From an uncultured Clostridium sp. (GTDB lineage Bacteria > Bacillota > Clostridia > Oscillospirales > CAG-272): DNA of 57,108 nt. Location: NCBI GenBank assembly GCA_964567085.1, contig CAZMKU010000002.1, positions 1 through 57,108 on the forward strand, in the 5' to 3' direction. Shown piece by piece: positions 1-11,684 of the stretch (its first letter is position 1; every line of letters starts with the position of its first letter). The translations under genes and the position numbers were made by a program. Below the pieces are notes generated by a model that saw only the letters and a list, made by a program, of their open reading frames with translations, was not told where the DNA came from and did no database searches.

Positions 1-3000
1 ACACCGATAAATGCCTGCTCACCGCCCGACAGCTGCATAAGATTCTTGATGATCTTGCCGGGAGGCGCCGCCTTGATCTCAATTCCGCTTTCAAGCACGT
101 TTTCGGGATCGGTCAGGAAAAGCTCTGCCGAGCCGCCGCCGAAAAGCTCTCTGAAGGTCGTGCCGAAGTTCTCGTTGATCTGATTGAAGGATTCGATAAA
201 CGCCGCCTTCATTTCAACCTCAAGCTTGGAAATAATATCCGTAAGCTCTACCTTTGACTTCTGCAGGTCCTCGATCTGCGCGGACATATAGTCGTATCTT
301 TCCTTGATCTCCTTGTACTTATTCACGGAGTCAAGGTCAACGTTACCGATACTGCGGAGCTTGTTCTTGCACTCGGTCTGAAGCTTTACGTACTCGGCGT
401 GATTTTCGCGTGTAACCTCGGGATAACCGAGAGCCACAGCATCAGCGCGCGTAAGCTCATAATCGTCCCAAAGCTTGCTTGCAAGCTTGTCGTACGCATC
501 GCGGAGATTTGAGAGCTTATTCTCATTTCTCGTATGCTCCTGGAATACGACTTCCTTGTGAGACATCTTTTCTCTGATGAGCGCGTTGATCTCGTTTGTC
601 TTTTTCTCGAATTCAAGGTTGCCCTCGTCGATCTCGGCGCGCTTCGCATTGAGGGAGGCGAGATTTTCGGAGCCCTCGGCATACGAGCGTCTGTTCTCGA
701 TCTGCGCCTGCTCAAGTGCTTCTATCTGCGCCTTATACGTTGCGATTCTGTCGTTGTGGGCAGAAATATCCGCCTCGATTATTCTTATTCTTTCATAAGA
801 TACCTCAAGCAGAGCCTCTGCCGCCTCAATATCCTTGTTCTTTTCACTGTAAGAGATAATGAGCTGTGTCTTGCCCTTTTCGATATCCTCAAGAGAGAAT
901 TCTTTGTCAACCTTCTCGGCGTTCTTCTCCTCGCGGAGCGCCGTTATCTGCTCAATTCTCTTTTCAATTTCCGCCTCGTCAGCAGTAAGAGATACGATAT
1001 CATCATCGTACTGCTCGGCCTTGGAAATAAATTCCTCGTAGTCTGCGCGAAGTCTTGCGATCAGCTGATCGTTTGCTTCGAGCTTCGCGTTGATCTGCTC
1101 GAGCGCCGCCGCCTCGGTATTCTTCAATACCTCAATAAGACTGCGACGGTTGTCAAGATCGTCGATTATGTCGTTTGCGTCGTCGATAGCTTCCTTGATC
1201 TTTTTAAGCTCGACATTATCTGCCTTGATAGCAGCTTCAAGCTCCTCAGCTTCTTTTGTAAGACGCTTGATCTCGTCGGCGCGGGAGAGCACACCGCCGC
1301 CCGTCTTTACAGAACCGCCCGTGAAAGAGCCTCCCGCGTTTATCTGCTGACCGTCGAGAGTAACTACTCTCACCTTATACTTGAGCGCCTTTGCCATAAC
1401 GGTCGCGTTCTCAATGTTGTCAAACACGAGAGTTCTGCCAAGCAAAGAGCTTATCACGTTCGCAAATTTCGCATCGCTTGAGCAGAGCTTGTCCGCCGTG
1501 GAAATGTATCCAGCAAAGCCGCAAGCATCTCTCATCTCGTTCGTTTCGCTCTGGGGTCGCATTGAAGTCAAGGGGAAGAACGTCGCTCTGCCCGCCTGAC
1601 CCTTTTTGAGCGTGAACATAGCCGCCTTTGCGGTCTCCTCGTCGTCAACGACGATGTTCTGCAGATTTGCACCGAGAGCGGTTTCGATCGCGGTTACGTA
1701 TTTGGAATCAACCGAAATAACCTTTGAAAGCGGGCCGTAAATTCGAGAGCATCTCTCGCCCCTCATAGTTGTAACGCGTCCTGCCTCGTATTCCTTCATA
1801 ATGAAGCGAACGCTGTTGGAATAGCCCTCGAACTGCTCCTCCATCGCCTTGATAGTAGCAATTCTGTGGTTGGCAGAATCAAATCTGTGTGTCTTTGCGG
1901 CAATACTCTCGAAAAGCTCGCCGTACTCGGTGTTCCTGCCGACAAGCAGAGTCTTCTGCTCGCTTATCTGCGCGTTTATATTATTGATCTCGTCGGCGTA
2001 CTTGTTGACAGTTCTTTCCTTGACACCGCTCTGCTTCCTGTATTCTGCGGAAACGGTTTCGTATTCCTCGATGTCAGTTAAGATCTGCGCGTTTCTGTCG
2101 CTACCGCTGTTCTTGGCGTTCTCGATTACGGAAATACGAACCTTTATGTCAGTTGCCTCGTCCTCTGCCTTCTTGATATCAACGAGCGCAGTATCGATCT
2201 CCTTGTTAAGAGCCGCGATATCGCATTTAACGGAGAAGATCTCGTCCTCAACCGCCTCAAGCTTTGTCTGTATCTCGTCTCTCTCGCCCGTGAGCTGCGC
2301 TATCTTGTCCTTCTGAGCGGAGCATCTACCCTGCTCGTCAGAAAGATTCTGCTCCAAGGTATCGCGCGTCATAGCCGATGCCGCGCTCATTTCCTTGGCG
2401 TGCGCGAGATTGCTCTCGTTCACCTTGAATTCACCCTCAAGAGAGAAATTCGCGTTTGTCTGCTCGCGAATGAGATTGAGTATCTGCGCGGATGCCATTC
2501 TGCCGCTCTGCGCAGCCTCGAAAAGCTTTGCGCTTCTTGTATCAAGCGCTTCGATCGCGTCCTCCGCGCTCTTTAAGTCAAACGCGGAATGGCGCAGATT
2601 TTCCTCCGCCGCCGCAATATCCGTCTTATATATTTCCGTATCGTAAAGCCAAAGGCTTACGTCTGCCTGCTTTTTTCTATCAAGAAGCTCGATAGCGCGC
2701 TTTGCCTTCTCACTCTCGCGCTGAAGGGGGCCCACCTGCGACTCGACCTCGGTAAATATGTCCATAATACGGGTCATATTGTCCTCGGTCTGCGAAAGCT
2801 TTCTCTCCGCCTCGCTCTTCTTGTGTCTGTATTTTGCAATTCCCGAGGCGTCCTCGAAAATACCGCGGCGCTCGTCGCTCTTTCTCGACACCATATCGGC
2901 AATTCTGCCCTGACCGATAATTGAATATCCGTCACGGCCGATACCCGTGTTCATAAAGAGCTCGTATATATCGCGAAGGCGCACGTTCTTACGGTTGATG

Positions 3001-3364
3001 AAATATTCACTCTCGCCGCCGCGGAAATAACGTCTTGTAACGGTTACCTCGTCGTAAGGACAGTCGAGCTTCGTATCCTCGCCCGTGTTATCAAACGTAA
3101 CCGAAACCTCGGCGTAGCCCATAGGTCTGCGGCTGTCCGCGCCGCCAAAGATAACGTCCTCCATTTTCGTTCCGCGCAGAGTTTTAGAGGATATTTCGCC
3201 CAAAACCCAACGCATCGCGTCGGCAATATTCGATTTTCCGCTTCCGTTAGGTCCGACGATAACGGTAACACCCGTCGCGTTCTCGCCCTCGCCCGCGTCA
3301 AACACGAGCTTCGTTTTATCGGGAAACGACTTAAATCCCTGCAGTTCAATCGACTTTAAATACA
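1..3364 (-). CDS. smc: Chromosome segregation protein SMC (N-terminal ~1120 aa; C-terminus lies beyond the left edge)
   Basis: Reverse-strand ATG at 3364 gives MYLKSIELQGFKSFPDKTKLVF... with Walker A GPNGSGKSN. The frame stays open to position 1, where it reads ...LMQLSGGEQAFIGV (the ABC/SMC signature LSGGE). The long coiled-coil composition fits SMC. It is absent from the ORF track because it runs off the edge. Confidence 0.92.
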
Positions 3365-3414
3365 TCTTTTTCCTTTCCGCCAAAAAGCCTTTTGGCAAGA
3401 TAGCTTTTACATAT

Positions 3415-4452
3415 TCAGGAAAGGCTTGAAAGCCTTATTGCTTCTATATCTCGGCTCTCGGTGATCTTAATTTTCCCGATTCCGTAAAGAGCCTTTATTC
3501 TCTCTCGGTTCTTACCCCTCTGCCCAAGCAGCTTTGAGGTATGCCCCGCGGGTATTTCAAACTCAGCGACCGTAGCGCCTTGATAGTTTCTTGCCTCGAT
3601 CTGCGCGCACATCTGACTAAAATAAAGCTCGCCGTATACAAGCTCGCCAAGCGCCGCGTGGTTTGCGCCGCCCATCACACAGGACTCGTCCGAGAGGTTG
3701 TCCGAGGCGCAAAGCCCTATTCTTATACAGTCGACGTTTCGCTCCGTCAGGCACTCAAGCACCGTCGCCGAGCGAGATACCGCGTCGTCAAGCTCAAGAG
3801 GAGCATATTCTCCGCGCTGTGTCATCTCAGCAAGCTCGGTGTCGTAGAAAACGACCGTGGGATAAATTCTTGCGCCGTCGCAGCCCATATCCGAGATCTT
3901 CTCTGCCGTATAAAGCTCTTTTTCAATATCAGAGCTCGGCAATCCTATCATCATCTGACCGACAAGATAATATCCGCGCGCCTTGATAAGCTTGCACGCC
4001 TCCTCGGCTTGAGCCGCCGTGTGCCCGCGCTTTGAAGCGACAAGCACCTCGTCGTCCATGCTCTGAAGTCCAAGCTCGATCGCGCTTATCGTGTAATTCC
4101 CGAGAATATCGAGTATCTCGTCGTTGATATAATCGGGACGGGTGGACATTCTGATACCCACGATTTTTGCGCGCCCATCGTCATCACGTCTTACAAACTC
4201 CTCCGCTATATCAAGCAGATAGATCATAAGCGAGCGGTCAATTCCCGTAAACGAGCCGCCGAAATACGCGATCTCTACCTCGCACGACGGGTCTATCGTA
4301 TTGAGCGCGGCATTTATTTCTTCCCTTACGCTATCCCGACAAAAGCTCGTTTTTCCCGATATTGAGCGTTGATTACAGAACACGCACATATTCGGGCAGC
4401 CCAGGTGCGGGATAAAAATGGGAATATTTTTATGCTTATTTATCATTGTCAA
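3415..4452 (-). CDS. Radical SAM protein (ELP3/YhcC-like family)
   Basis: 345-aa ORF with a CxxxCxxC cluster near the N-terminus (HLGCPNMCVFCNQ). It overlaps the rnc stop by 4 nt, in the conserved rnc-radical SAM-smc context. Confidence 0.8.
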   Translation of the reverse strand: MTMINKHKNIPIFIPHLGCPNMCVFCNQRSISGKTSFCRDSVREEINAALNTIDPSCEVEIAYFGGSFTGIDRSLMIYLLDIAEEFVRRDDDGRAKIVGIRMSTRPDYINDEILDILGNYTISAIELGLQSMDDEVLVASKRGHTAAQAEEACKLIKARGYYLVGQMMIGLPSSDIEKELYTAEKISDMGCDGARIYPTVVFYDTELAEMTQRGEYAPLELDDAVSRSATVLECLTERNVDCIRIGLCASDNLSDESCVMGGANHAALGELVYGELYFSQMCAQIEARNYQGATVAEFEIPAGHTSKLLGQRGKNRERIKALYGIGKIKITESRDIEAIRLSSLS

Positions 4453-5177
4453 AGACTCTCAACCGAAAAGAGCTTCAAGGCTTCCTTGGCGGCATTCTGC
4501 TCCGCAGCTCTCTTGCTTCTTCCCTCGCCTCTGCCGATGACGTTGGAATTAAGCCTTGCCTCAACGCAGAACGTCTTCATGTGGTCGGGTCCCGATTCGC
4601 TTACAGTCACGTACTCAAGGAAATCGCCCTCCGCCTGCTGAACGAATTGCTGAAGTCTCGTCTTGGCATCTGCGGAAAATCCGCTCGTGCGCAGACTTGC
4701 GATCTCGTCCTTGATAAACGGCATAAGAAAGCCTTCGCAAGCGGCATATCCATTGTCACCCGCGTCTATGTAGATCGAAGCTAAAAGCGCTTCAAATGCG
4801 TCTGCCAAAATGGACTTTCTGTGTCTGCCCTGATTCTTTTCCTCGCCAATGCCGAGCAGGAGATAGTCGCCAAGATTTATTTTTTCGGCATAACCCGAAA
4901 GCGCTCTCTCGCAAACGACCTCCGCTCTCATTCTCGTCAACTCCCCTTCGGGACAATCGGGAAACTCGCGGTAGAGATATCTGCTCGTTATGAGAGACAG
5001 CACGCTATCGCCAAGAAATTCAAGCCTTTCGTTGCAAAGAAGATGATGATTTTTCGCACCCGATTCGTTTGAATAGGACGAATGAGTAAGAGCTCTCTGC
5101 AAAAGCATTTTATCGCTGAATTCGTATTTGATTTTACCTTCAAGCGCATTTGCGCCAAACGGAGTGATATACGACAT
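4449..5177 (-). CDS. rnc: Ribonuclease III
   Basis: RNase III signature ERLEFLGDSVL plus a C-terminal dsRBD (GPDHMKTF...AAEQNAAKEAL). I prefer the ATG at 5177 (MSYITP, AAGGA upstream) over the TTG at 5195 used by the ORF track. Confidence 0.92.
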   Translation of the reverse strand: MSYITPFGANALEGKIKYEFSDKMLLQRALTHSSYSNESGAKNHHLLCNERLEFLGDSVLSLITSRYLYREFPDCPEGELTRMRAEVVCERALSGYAEKINLGDYLLLGIGEEKNQGRHRKSILADAFEALLASIYIDAGDNGYAACEGFLMPFIKDEIASLRTSGFSADAKTRLQQFVQQAEGDFLEYVTVSESGPDHMKTFCVEARLNSNVIGRGEGRSKRAAEQNAAKEALKLFSVESL

Positions 5178-5198
5178 TTCAAATCCTTGTGCCAAGCT

Positions 5199-6557
5199 TT
5201 AGTTGGCATCATTACCTTTTATCTGATATTTTTCAATAATTTCCGAAAGCGCTGTGAGCGCGCGCTCGGCAACCACCTCGTATTTTGCGACCTTGCCGCC
5301 GCGCACCTTATAGCCAAGCGGCTCAATAATTCCGAAGTTCGCATTCATAGGCACGAAGCTTCCGCTCATATTGCCAACGCTTATATATTTCGCCATAGCG
5401 CCGATCATAGTTGTTTCGGGGAATATGATGGGCTCCTCGCCAAGCGCTCGTCTTGCGGCGTTCACACCCGCAACGAATCCCGAGCCCGTGGACTCAATAT
5501 AGCCCTCAACACCCGTCATCTGCCCCGCAAAATATATATCGGGCTTCTCTATCATAGCGTAATCTCTGCCAAGCACACCCGGCGACGAGAGGTACGTGTT
5601 TCTGTGCATAATTCCGTAACGGAGAAATTCCGCATCCTCAAGTCCGGGAATCATGGAGAACACTCTTTTCTGCTCGGGGAAAGCCAAGTGTGTCTGGAAG
5701 CCAACGAGGTTGTACATCGTTCCCTCCTTGTTTTCCTTGCGGAGCTGAACCACGGCGTATGCTTCCTTACCCGTGCGCTTGTCAACAAGGCCTACGGGCT
5801 TTAACGGACCGTAAAGAAGCGTATCGTGTCCCCGTCTTGCCATTACCTCAACGGGCATACAGCCCTCGAACACCTTTAATTCCTTCTGGCTTTCACGGTC
5901 AAAATCGTGAAGCTCCGCCTCACGAGCCGAGATGAGCTCGTTATAAAACGCGTCGTACTGCTCGCGAGTCATAGGACAATTAAGATAGTCCGCGTCGCCC
6001 TTATCGTATCTTGACGCGGCGTAAACTATGTCGTAATTTATGGACTCCGCATCAATGATTGGCGCCGCAGCATCAAAGAAATGAAGCGAGCCTATACCTA
6101 TTTGCTTATCGATATATTCCGCCATTCCCTCGCTCGTGAGCGGACCCGTGGCGATAACCGTAATTCGACCGTCCTCGACCGAGGTGACCTCTTTTTCAAT
6201 AACCTCAATATTAGGGTGGGTTTTTATTTTCTCGGTAATGTAGCCCGAGAAAATATTTCTGTCCACCGCAAGCGCCGAGCCCGCGGGAACACGCGCAAAG
6301 TATGCCGCCTGCATAATGAGTGAGCCCATTCTGTGAAGCTCCTCCTTGAGCAAGCCCGACGCGACGGTCACGCGGTCGGAGCGAAGCGAATTGGAGCATA
6401 CAAGCTCCGCAAAGCTCTCCGAATGATGCGCGGGCGTGAATTTTTGGGGCTTCATTTCAAAGAGTCTGACCTTGACTCCCCTCTCTGCCGCCTGCCACGC
6501 CGCCTCACATCCCGCAAGACCTGCGCCGTATATATCAATAGATTTCTGATTTTCCAT
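5199..6557 (-). CDS. trmFO: Methylenetetrahydrofolate--tRNA-(uracil-5-)-methyltransferase TrmFO
   Basis: 452 aa with an N-terminal FAD fold GAGLAGCEAAWQAAERG and FAELVCSNSLRSD. The dprA-topA-trmFO order matches Bacillus and Clostridia. Confidence 0.92.
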   Translation of the reverse strand: MENQKSIDIYGAGLAGCEAAWQAAERGVKVRLFEMKPQKFTPAHHSESFAELVCSNSLRSDRVTVASGLLKEELHRMGSLIMQAAYFARVPAGSALAVDRNIFSGYITEKIKTHPNIEVIEKEVTSVEDGRITVIATGPLTSEGMAEYIDKQIGIGSLHFFDAAAPIIDAESINYDIVYAASRYDKGDADYLNCPMTREQYDAFYNELISAREAELHDFDRESQKELKVFEGCMPVEVMARRGHDTLLYGPLKPVGLVDKRTGKEAYAVVQLRKENKEGTMYNLVGFQTHLAFPEQKRVFSMIPGLEDAEFLRYGIMHRNTYLSSPGVLGRDYAMIEKPDIYFAGQMTGVEGYIESTGSGFVAGVNAARRALGEEPIIFPETTMIGAMAKYISVGNMSGSFVPMNANFGIIEPLGYKVRGGKVAKYEVVAERALTALSEIIEKYQIKGNDAN

Positions 6558-6574
6558 TAAATTTTACCTTTTGT

Positions 6575-8911
6575 TTATTCCGCGCTCTCTGCCTCGGCAT
6601 TCTTTGTAAATCCGCAGCCGTCGGTATGACAAACGAGCAGACTCTTGCCCTTCTTCCTGAAAAGAAGCTTTGAGCAGTGAGGGCATTTTTCATTCGTGGG
6701 CATATCCCAGGAGGAGAAATTACACGTGGGATATTTCTCACAGCTATAGAACACAGTCTTGTTCTTACCGTGCTTCATAACGACCTTCGAGCCGCACTCG
6801 GGGCAGGCAACGCCGATATCCTTCTGCTTTGCCTTCGTAGTCTTGCAGGCAGGATAATTTACGCAAGCGTAGAAGCTGCCGAAGCGACCCGTGCGCAGAA
6901 CCATATCCGCTCCGCACTTTTCGCATTTGAAGTCTGCAACAATGAGCTTCTTACCCTGCGATTCCTGTTCCTTTTCAACAACGGGAGTCTCCACTACGGT
7001 CTCTTCAACCTCAACCTTTTCCGCCGCCTTGCCGTTATCGGTTACAAAGGGCTTTGTATTGCGGCAACGGGGGTAATTGGGACAAGCCACGAACTTTCCG
7101 TATCTGCCGTTCTTGATAACCATCTTCGAGCCGCACTTCTCACAAGCTATATCGGTTTCCTCGACGGGAACCTCGATAGTCTTTTCCCCGAGCTTGCGCT
7201 CCGCCTCGGAGAGCTGAACCGAAAATCCTCCCCAGAAATCCCCAAGCACCTCGCTCATAGTCACGTCGCCGCGCTCGATCTCGTCGAGCTTGTTTTCGAT
7301 ATCCGCCGTAAACTTATAGTCAACCACGGAATTGAAATTCTCGAGCATAAGGTCGTTCGTTATCTCACCGAGAGCCGTGGGAACGAGGGATTTGCCGTCG
7401 CGCTTTACGTAGTTTCTCTGAATAATTGTCGTAATGATCGACGAGAAGGTACTCGGTCTGCCGATTCCCTTTTCCTCAAGGAATTTGATAAGAGTTGCCT
7501 CTGTATATCTCTTGGGAGCCTCCGTAAAATGCTTTGCGGGAAGCGTCTTTGAGAGCGAGAGAGCATCTCCCTTATTGATTGCGGGGATCTTGCCGTCTCT
7601 TTCCTCGCGAAGCTCGTCTGCATTCTTCGTCTGCTCGTCCTCGCTCTCCTCGTAAATAGCCATATAACCGGGGAACGTCACGGTATAGGACGCCGCTCGG
7701 AAAATATAACCCGAATTTTCAATATCAACCGTAACAGTCGCCAAAGCCGCCGACTGCATCTGGCTTGCAACGAATCTTTCCCAGATAAGCTTATATATCT
7801 TATACTGATCGGGCGTAAGATACGCCTTTATTCTCTGGGGCTCGAGATTTACGTTTGAGGGTCTTATAGCCTCGTGAGCGTCCTGCGCACCCGACTTCGT
7901 CTTATACACTCTGGGCTCTTCCGTATTATACTGCTCGCCGTATCTCTCGCCGATAAATTTGCGCGTTGCCTCCTGCGCCTCCGCGGACACACGGAGAGAG
8001 TCTGTACGCATATACGTAATAAGACCCTGAACGCCGCCGTTCTCCGAGCCTACGTTAATACCCTCGTAAAGCTCCTGAGCCACTCTCATAGTTCTCTGTG
8101 ACTGGAAGGAAAGCTTCTTGGACGCCTCCTGCTGAAGAGTGGAGGTGATAAAGGGGGGTGTGGGCGCCTTGCTTCTCGTTGCCTTCGTAACGTCGAGCAC
8201 CTTGAATTCTCCCGCCTTGATCGCATCCACAACAGCCATTGCCGCCTCACTGCAGGAAAGGTCAACCTTTCCGTTCTCGTCGCCGTAAAACTTCACCGTA
8301 AAGGTCTTGCCATCGGGCGAAAGAAGCTCGACGTCAATAGTCCAATATTCAACGGGAACGAAATTCTTTATTTCATTTTCACGCTCCACGATGATCCTTG
8401 TCGCAACAGACTGAACTCGTCCTGCGGAAAGACCGCTCTTTACGTTCTTCCAGAGGAGCGGAGAGAGCTTGTAGCCCACGATTCTGTCGAGAATTCGTCT
8501 TGTCTGCTGGGCGTTTACTACGTCCATATCAACAGTTCTCGGCTGCTTTATCGCGCTTTTTACGACGCTCTTCGTGATTTCATTAAAGGTAACTCTCATT
8601 GTCTTTTCAAGCGGAATACCAAGCACGTTCGCAAGATGCCAGGCAATCGCCTCACCCTCACGGTCAGGGTCGGTTGCGAGGAATATCTTGTTTGCCGCTT
8701 TTGCTTCCTTCTTGATCTCCTTGATAAGGTCACCCTTACCTCTTATGTTAATATAATGAGCCTCAAAATCGTTTTCAATATCAATACCCAAGGTGGATTT
8801 GGGAAGATCGCGTACGTGTCCTACCGTTGCCATAACCTTGTAGTTCGAGCCAAGATAGCTTTTAACCGTATTGCTCTTCGAAGGAGACTCCATTATTACG
8901 AGATTTGCCAT
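6575..8911 (-). CDS. topA: DNA topoisomerase I
   Basis: 778 aa with a Toprim N-terminus (LVIMESPSKSNTV..ATVGHVRDLP), the active-site region ITYMRTDS, and four C-terminal CxxC...C zinc ribbons. Confidence 0.96.
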   Translation of the reverse strand: MANLVIMESPSKSNTVKSYLGSNYKVMATVGHVRDLPKSTLGIDIENDFEAHYINIRGKGDLIKEIKKEAKAANKIFLATDPDREGEAIAWHLANVLGIPLEKTMRVTFNEITKSVVKSAIKQPRTVDMDVVNAQQTRRILDRIVGYKLSPLLWKNVKSGLSAGRVQSVATRIIVERENEIKNFVPVEYWTIDVELLSPDGKTFTVKFYGDENGKVDLSCSEAAMAVVDAIKAGEFKVLDVTKATRSKAPTPPFITSTLQQEASKKLSFQSQRTMRVAQELYEGINVGSENGGVQGLITYMRTDSLRVSAEAQEATRKFIGERYGEQYNTEEPRVYKTKSGAQDAHEAIRPSNVNLEPQRIKAYLTPDQYKIYKLIWERFVASQMQSAALATVTVDIENSGYIFRAASYTVTFPGYMAIYEESEDEQTKNADELREERDGKIPAINKGDALSLSKTLPAKHFTEAPKRYTEATLIKFLEEKGIGRPSTFSSIITTIIQRNYVKRDGKSLVPTALGEITNDLMLENFNSVVDYKFTADIENKLDEIERGDVTMSEVLGDFWGGFSVQLSEAERKLGEKTIEVPVEETDIACEKCGSKMVIKNGRYGKFVACPNYPRCRNTKPFVTDNGKAAEKVEVEETVVETPVVEKEQESQGKKLIVADFKCEKCGADMVLRTGRFGSFYACVNYPACKTTKAKQKDIGVACPECGSKVVMKHGKNKTVFYSCEKYPTCNFSSWDMPTNEKCPHCSKLLFRKKGKSLLVCHTDGCGFTKNAEAESAE

Positions 8912-8942
8912 TTGATTTTTTCTCCGTTATATATAAATTTTA

Positions 8943-10277
8943 TTATTTTCTTATGTAAAGCGCCCCGGGGAGCGAGGAAATAAGTCCCTTGATCTCGAGA
9001 ATTGTAAGAGACGACATTATCTCTCCCATCGAGAAGCCGAGCTTCATTATTCCGTCCACCGTAATGGGCTTGTCAAGAGGAATTTCTTCAAAAATCCTTT
9101 TCTGTGTGTCGGTCAGAGTATTTATTATCTCCTGACTTCTGTCGGACACGTGAGCTTCCTCTGATTTCGTTATATTTACGTTTTCCTCGGTCTTGGAAGC
9201 CTTCTCATCGCGCCTTTCACCCTGAGACGGCTTCGTTCTCTTCGCGGCGCGCTTCTTCCCCATATCCGAGAGCTCGGTCTCAAGAGAGGTGTTCTCTTCT
9301 TTTACCGAATAATATCTTACGCTTACCTCCATATCCCTCACTGCGCGAAGGTCAATATCGGAATTCTTCTCCGCCTTCGAGAGCGCCGCAGGATTTAAGG
9401 TATCTCTGTAAATATACGTGTAATTCCGGATTATATCTCTGCCGCACAAAACCGCCTGCGCGCCGTCACGTATAAGAGAATTCGTGCCGCTCGTATTCCT
9501 TCCGTCGATATTGCCGGGGACAGCATAGATATCCCTGCCCTGAATTATAGCTTCCTTCGCGGTTATCATAGCGCCGCTGCCCGTATCGGCATCAACCACG
9601 AGCGTACCCTGACAAAGTCCGCTTATAATTCTGTTTCTTACTGGAAATTGTGAGCCCACAGGCTTGGTTGAAGGCGGATATTCGGTAATCACCGCGCCGT
9701 TATGCATAATTATCTTTTCAAGTGTCGCGTGCTCCTTAGGATATACCACGTCAATGCCGCAGCCGAGGACCGCGATGGTTTTTCCACCTGCGGAAATCGC
9801 GCCGCAAGCCGCGATACCGTCAATTCCAAGCGCCATACCGCTGACGATAACAGCGCCCGCGGACGCCATCTCGTATGATATTTTATACGCGTATCTCATT
9901 CCGTATTCGCTCATTTTGCGAGTTCCCACCACCGAAATACAAAGATTACGGTTAAGGTCGGGAAGCTTGCCCGCCACGTACAGAAGTATGGGCGGATTTT
10001 TAAGAGAGCGAAGACTCTTTGGATATTTTTCGTCATCGTAAGCGATCGTCTGCACGTTATACCTTGCGCAATAGCTTATAATCTCACGAGCATACGAGGT
10101 ATTCTTGTCCGTCAAAGCCTCGGCATACTTCTCACCGATTCCCGCGTCAATATACGCGTCATAATCCGCGTCAAAAATCTTGTCGATATCAGCAAATTTT
10201 CCCCAAAGCCCCGAAAACGCAGGGGACGCCGCTCCGAGCTTGAGCGACAACCACATCCATTTTGTACCTCTGTCCAT
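8943..10277 (-). CDS. dprA: DNA-processing protein DprA (Smf)
   Basis: 444 aa. The Rossmann-like DprA core reads SGMALGIDGIAACGAISAGGKTIAVLGCGIDVVYPKEH...GSGAMITAKEA. A strong RBS (GGGAGGAG) precedes the ATG at 10277. Confidence 0.9.
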   Translation of the reverse strand: MDRGTKWMWLSLKLGAASPAFSGLWGKFADIDKIFDADYDAYIDAGIGEKYAEALTDKNTSYAREIISYCARYNVQTIAYDDEKYPKSLRSLKNPPILLYVAGKLPDLNRNLCISVVGTRKMSEYGMRYAYKISYEMASAGAVIVSGMALGIDGIAACGAISAGGKTIAVLGCGIDVVYPKEHATLEKIIMHNGAVITEYPPSTKPVGSQFPVRNRIISGLCQGTLVVDADTGSGAMITAKEAIIQGRDIYAVPGNIDGRNTSGTNSLIRDGAQAVLCGRDIIRNYTYIYRDTLNPAALSKAEKNSDIDLRAVRDMEVSVRYYSVKEENTSLETELSDMGKKRAAKRTKPSQGERRDEKASKTEENVNITKSEEAHVSDRSQEIINTLTDTQKRIFEEIPLDKPITVDGIMKLGFSMGEIMSSLTILEIKGLISSLPGALYIRK

Positions 10278-10304
10278 AGCCTTCTCCTCCCTTTGATCTT
10301 TCTT

Positions 10305-11135
10305 TTACTTACCGAAGAATTCCCACATAAGCACCGATGCCGCAACGCCCGCATTGAGCGACTCGACTCCGTCTGCCATAGGAATGTACACGCTGCCGCT
10401 CGCGGCATCTATCGCCTCACGCGACAATCCGTGTCCCTCGTTACCGATAACGACGACGCTGTTCTTCGGAAAGCTGTCACAACCGAGCTTTTTCGCGCCG
10501 TCGTCAAGCGCCGCCGCATATACCGCTCTGCCGCGCTCCCTTATGCTTTCGATAGCCTGTGGAATACTTTCCACCCTATCTATCTTCATAGCGAAAATAT
10601 TTCCCATAGAGGCTCTTATTGTCTTTGCGCCGTAAATATCCGCGCAGTCAGAGCTCATAATAACTCTGTCAACCGAAAAGGCCCTCGCGCTTCGGATTAT
10701 CGCGCCGACGTTTAACGGGTCACGAACGGATTCGAGCATAAGGATATTCTCGTCAGCGAGCTCAATATCCTCAGCCGAGCTATGCGATTTATGGATATTC
10801 TCCATATATCTTGCCGCCGTTACCACACCCTCGGGAGATCTCTCGTCGGTGAGCCTCTCAAAAACCGACGGCGCAGCGTACAGGATATTTATATCAAGTG
10901 AGAAAATATCAATTCCGTAAAGCGATAAAAGCTTTTCGGCAACGGCATCCGCGCACTCGGAATTGAGCACGACACAGTATATTTCCGCCCCGTTTTTTAT
11001 CGCCTCGGAGAGCAATTTTATACCGTCAAAAACAAATATTTTCTCCTCCTCACGCGCCTTTTTTCTTTGCAGCGACGAGAGAAAGGATATACTTTTATTC
11101 TGTCTTGAAGTAATAATTTCCCTGTTGTTTGCCAT
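10305..11135 (-). CDS. TrmH/SpoU-family RNA 2'-O-methyltransferase
   Basis: SpoU motifs are present: LESVRDPLNVGAIIRSA, VVIGNEGHGLS and IPMADGVESLNAGVAASV. I prefer the ATG at 11135 (MANNREI) over the TTG at 11153. Confidence 0.85.
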   Translation of the reverse strand: MANNREIITSRQNKSISFLSSLQRKKAREEEKIFVFDGIKLLSEAIKNGAEIYCVVLNSECADAVAEKLLSLYGIDIFSLDINILYAAPSVFERLTDERSPEGVVTAARYMENIHKSHSSAEDIELADENILMLESVRDPLNVGAIIRSARAFSVDRVIMSSDCADIYGAKTIRASMGNIFAMKIDRVESIPQAIESIRERGRAVYAAALDDGAKKLGCDSFPKNSVVVIGNEGHGLSREAIDAASGSVYIPMADGVESLNAGVAASVLMWEFFGK

Positions 11136-11180
11136 AAAAATCCCCGTTTTCAAGTGTTTGTAACTACCCCTATGTATGAC

Positions 11181-11209
11181 AAAAACCCAGAGAATATCCT
11201 CCGGGTTTT
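11181..11209 (-). terminator. Rho-independent terminator after rplT
   Basis: The minus-strand RNA reads AAACCCGGA-GGAUAUUC-UCUGGGUUUUUG, a 7-bp stem with one G-U pair followed by a U-run. Confidence 0.6.
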
Positions 11210-11220
11210 ATATGTCAAGC

Positions 11221-11574
11221 TCAAAGAGCAGCCTTTGCCTGTGCCGCGAGTGCTGCGAATGCTTCCTTGTCGGAAACCGCAAGCTCAGCGAGCATCTTTC
11301 TGTTGAGTGTGATACCAGCCTTCTTAAGACCGTTCATGAACGTAGAGTAGTTCATGCCGCAAACCTTTGCCTGAGCAGAGATTCTTGTGATCCAAAGTCT
11401 TCTCATATCTCTCTTCTTCTGCTTGCGTCCTACGAATGCGTAGTTGCCGCTCTTCATTACAGCCTGCTTAGCCATCTTGAAGTGCTTGGACTTTGCACCC
11501 CAGTAGCCCTTAGCAGCCTTTAACATCTTCTTTCTTCTCTTGCGCGTCATAAGCGCGCCCTTAATTCTAGCCAT
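11221..11574 (-). CDS. rplT: 50S ribosomal protein L20
   Basis: 117 aa starting [26 protein letters not shown]..., the canonical L20 sequence. Confidence 0.97.
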   Translation of the reverse strand: MARIKGALMTRKRRKKMLKAAKGYWGAKSKHFKMAKQAVMKSGNYAFVGRKQKKRDMRRLWITRISAQAKVCGMNYSTFMNGLKKAGITLNRKMLAELAVSDKEAFAALAAQAKAAL

Positions 11575-11684
11575 TTTAATTCCTCCATGCCTCGCGTATC
11601 GCGGGTCTAATCTTTAGTTTTGTTTTTCGTCTTGCGACGAGCCTTTGTGTCCTTTGCGGACGAAAATTAGCTTGAAGCTGTAAA

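Noticed and set aside
534-1481. 315-aa plus-strand ORF, with several 60-155-aa plus-strand ORFs between 386 and 2924
   Set aside because: These lie antisense to or overlap the smc reading frame. They have Leu/Ser/Arg-rich low-complexity translations typical of the reverse frame of a coiled-coil gene, no RBS, and no recognisable motifs.
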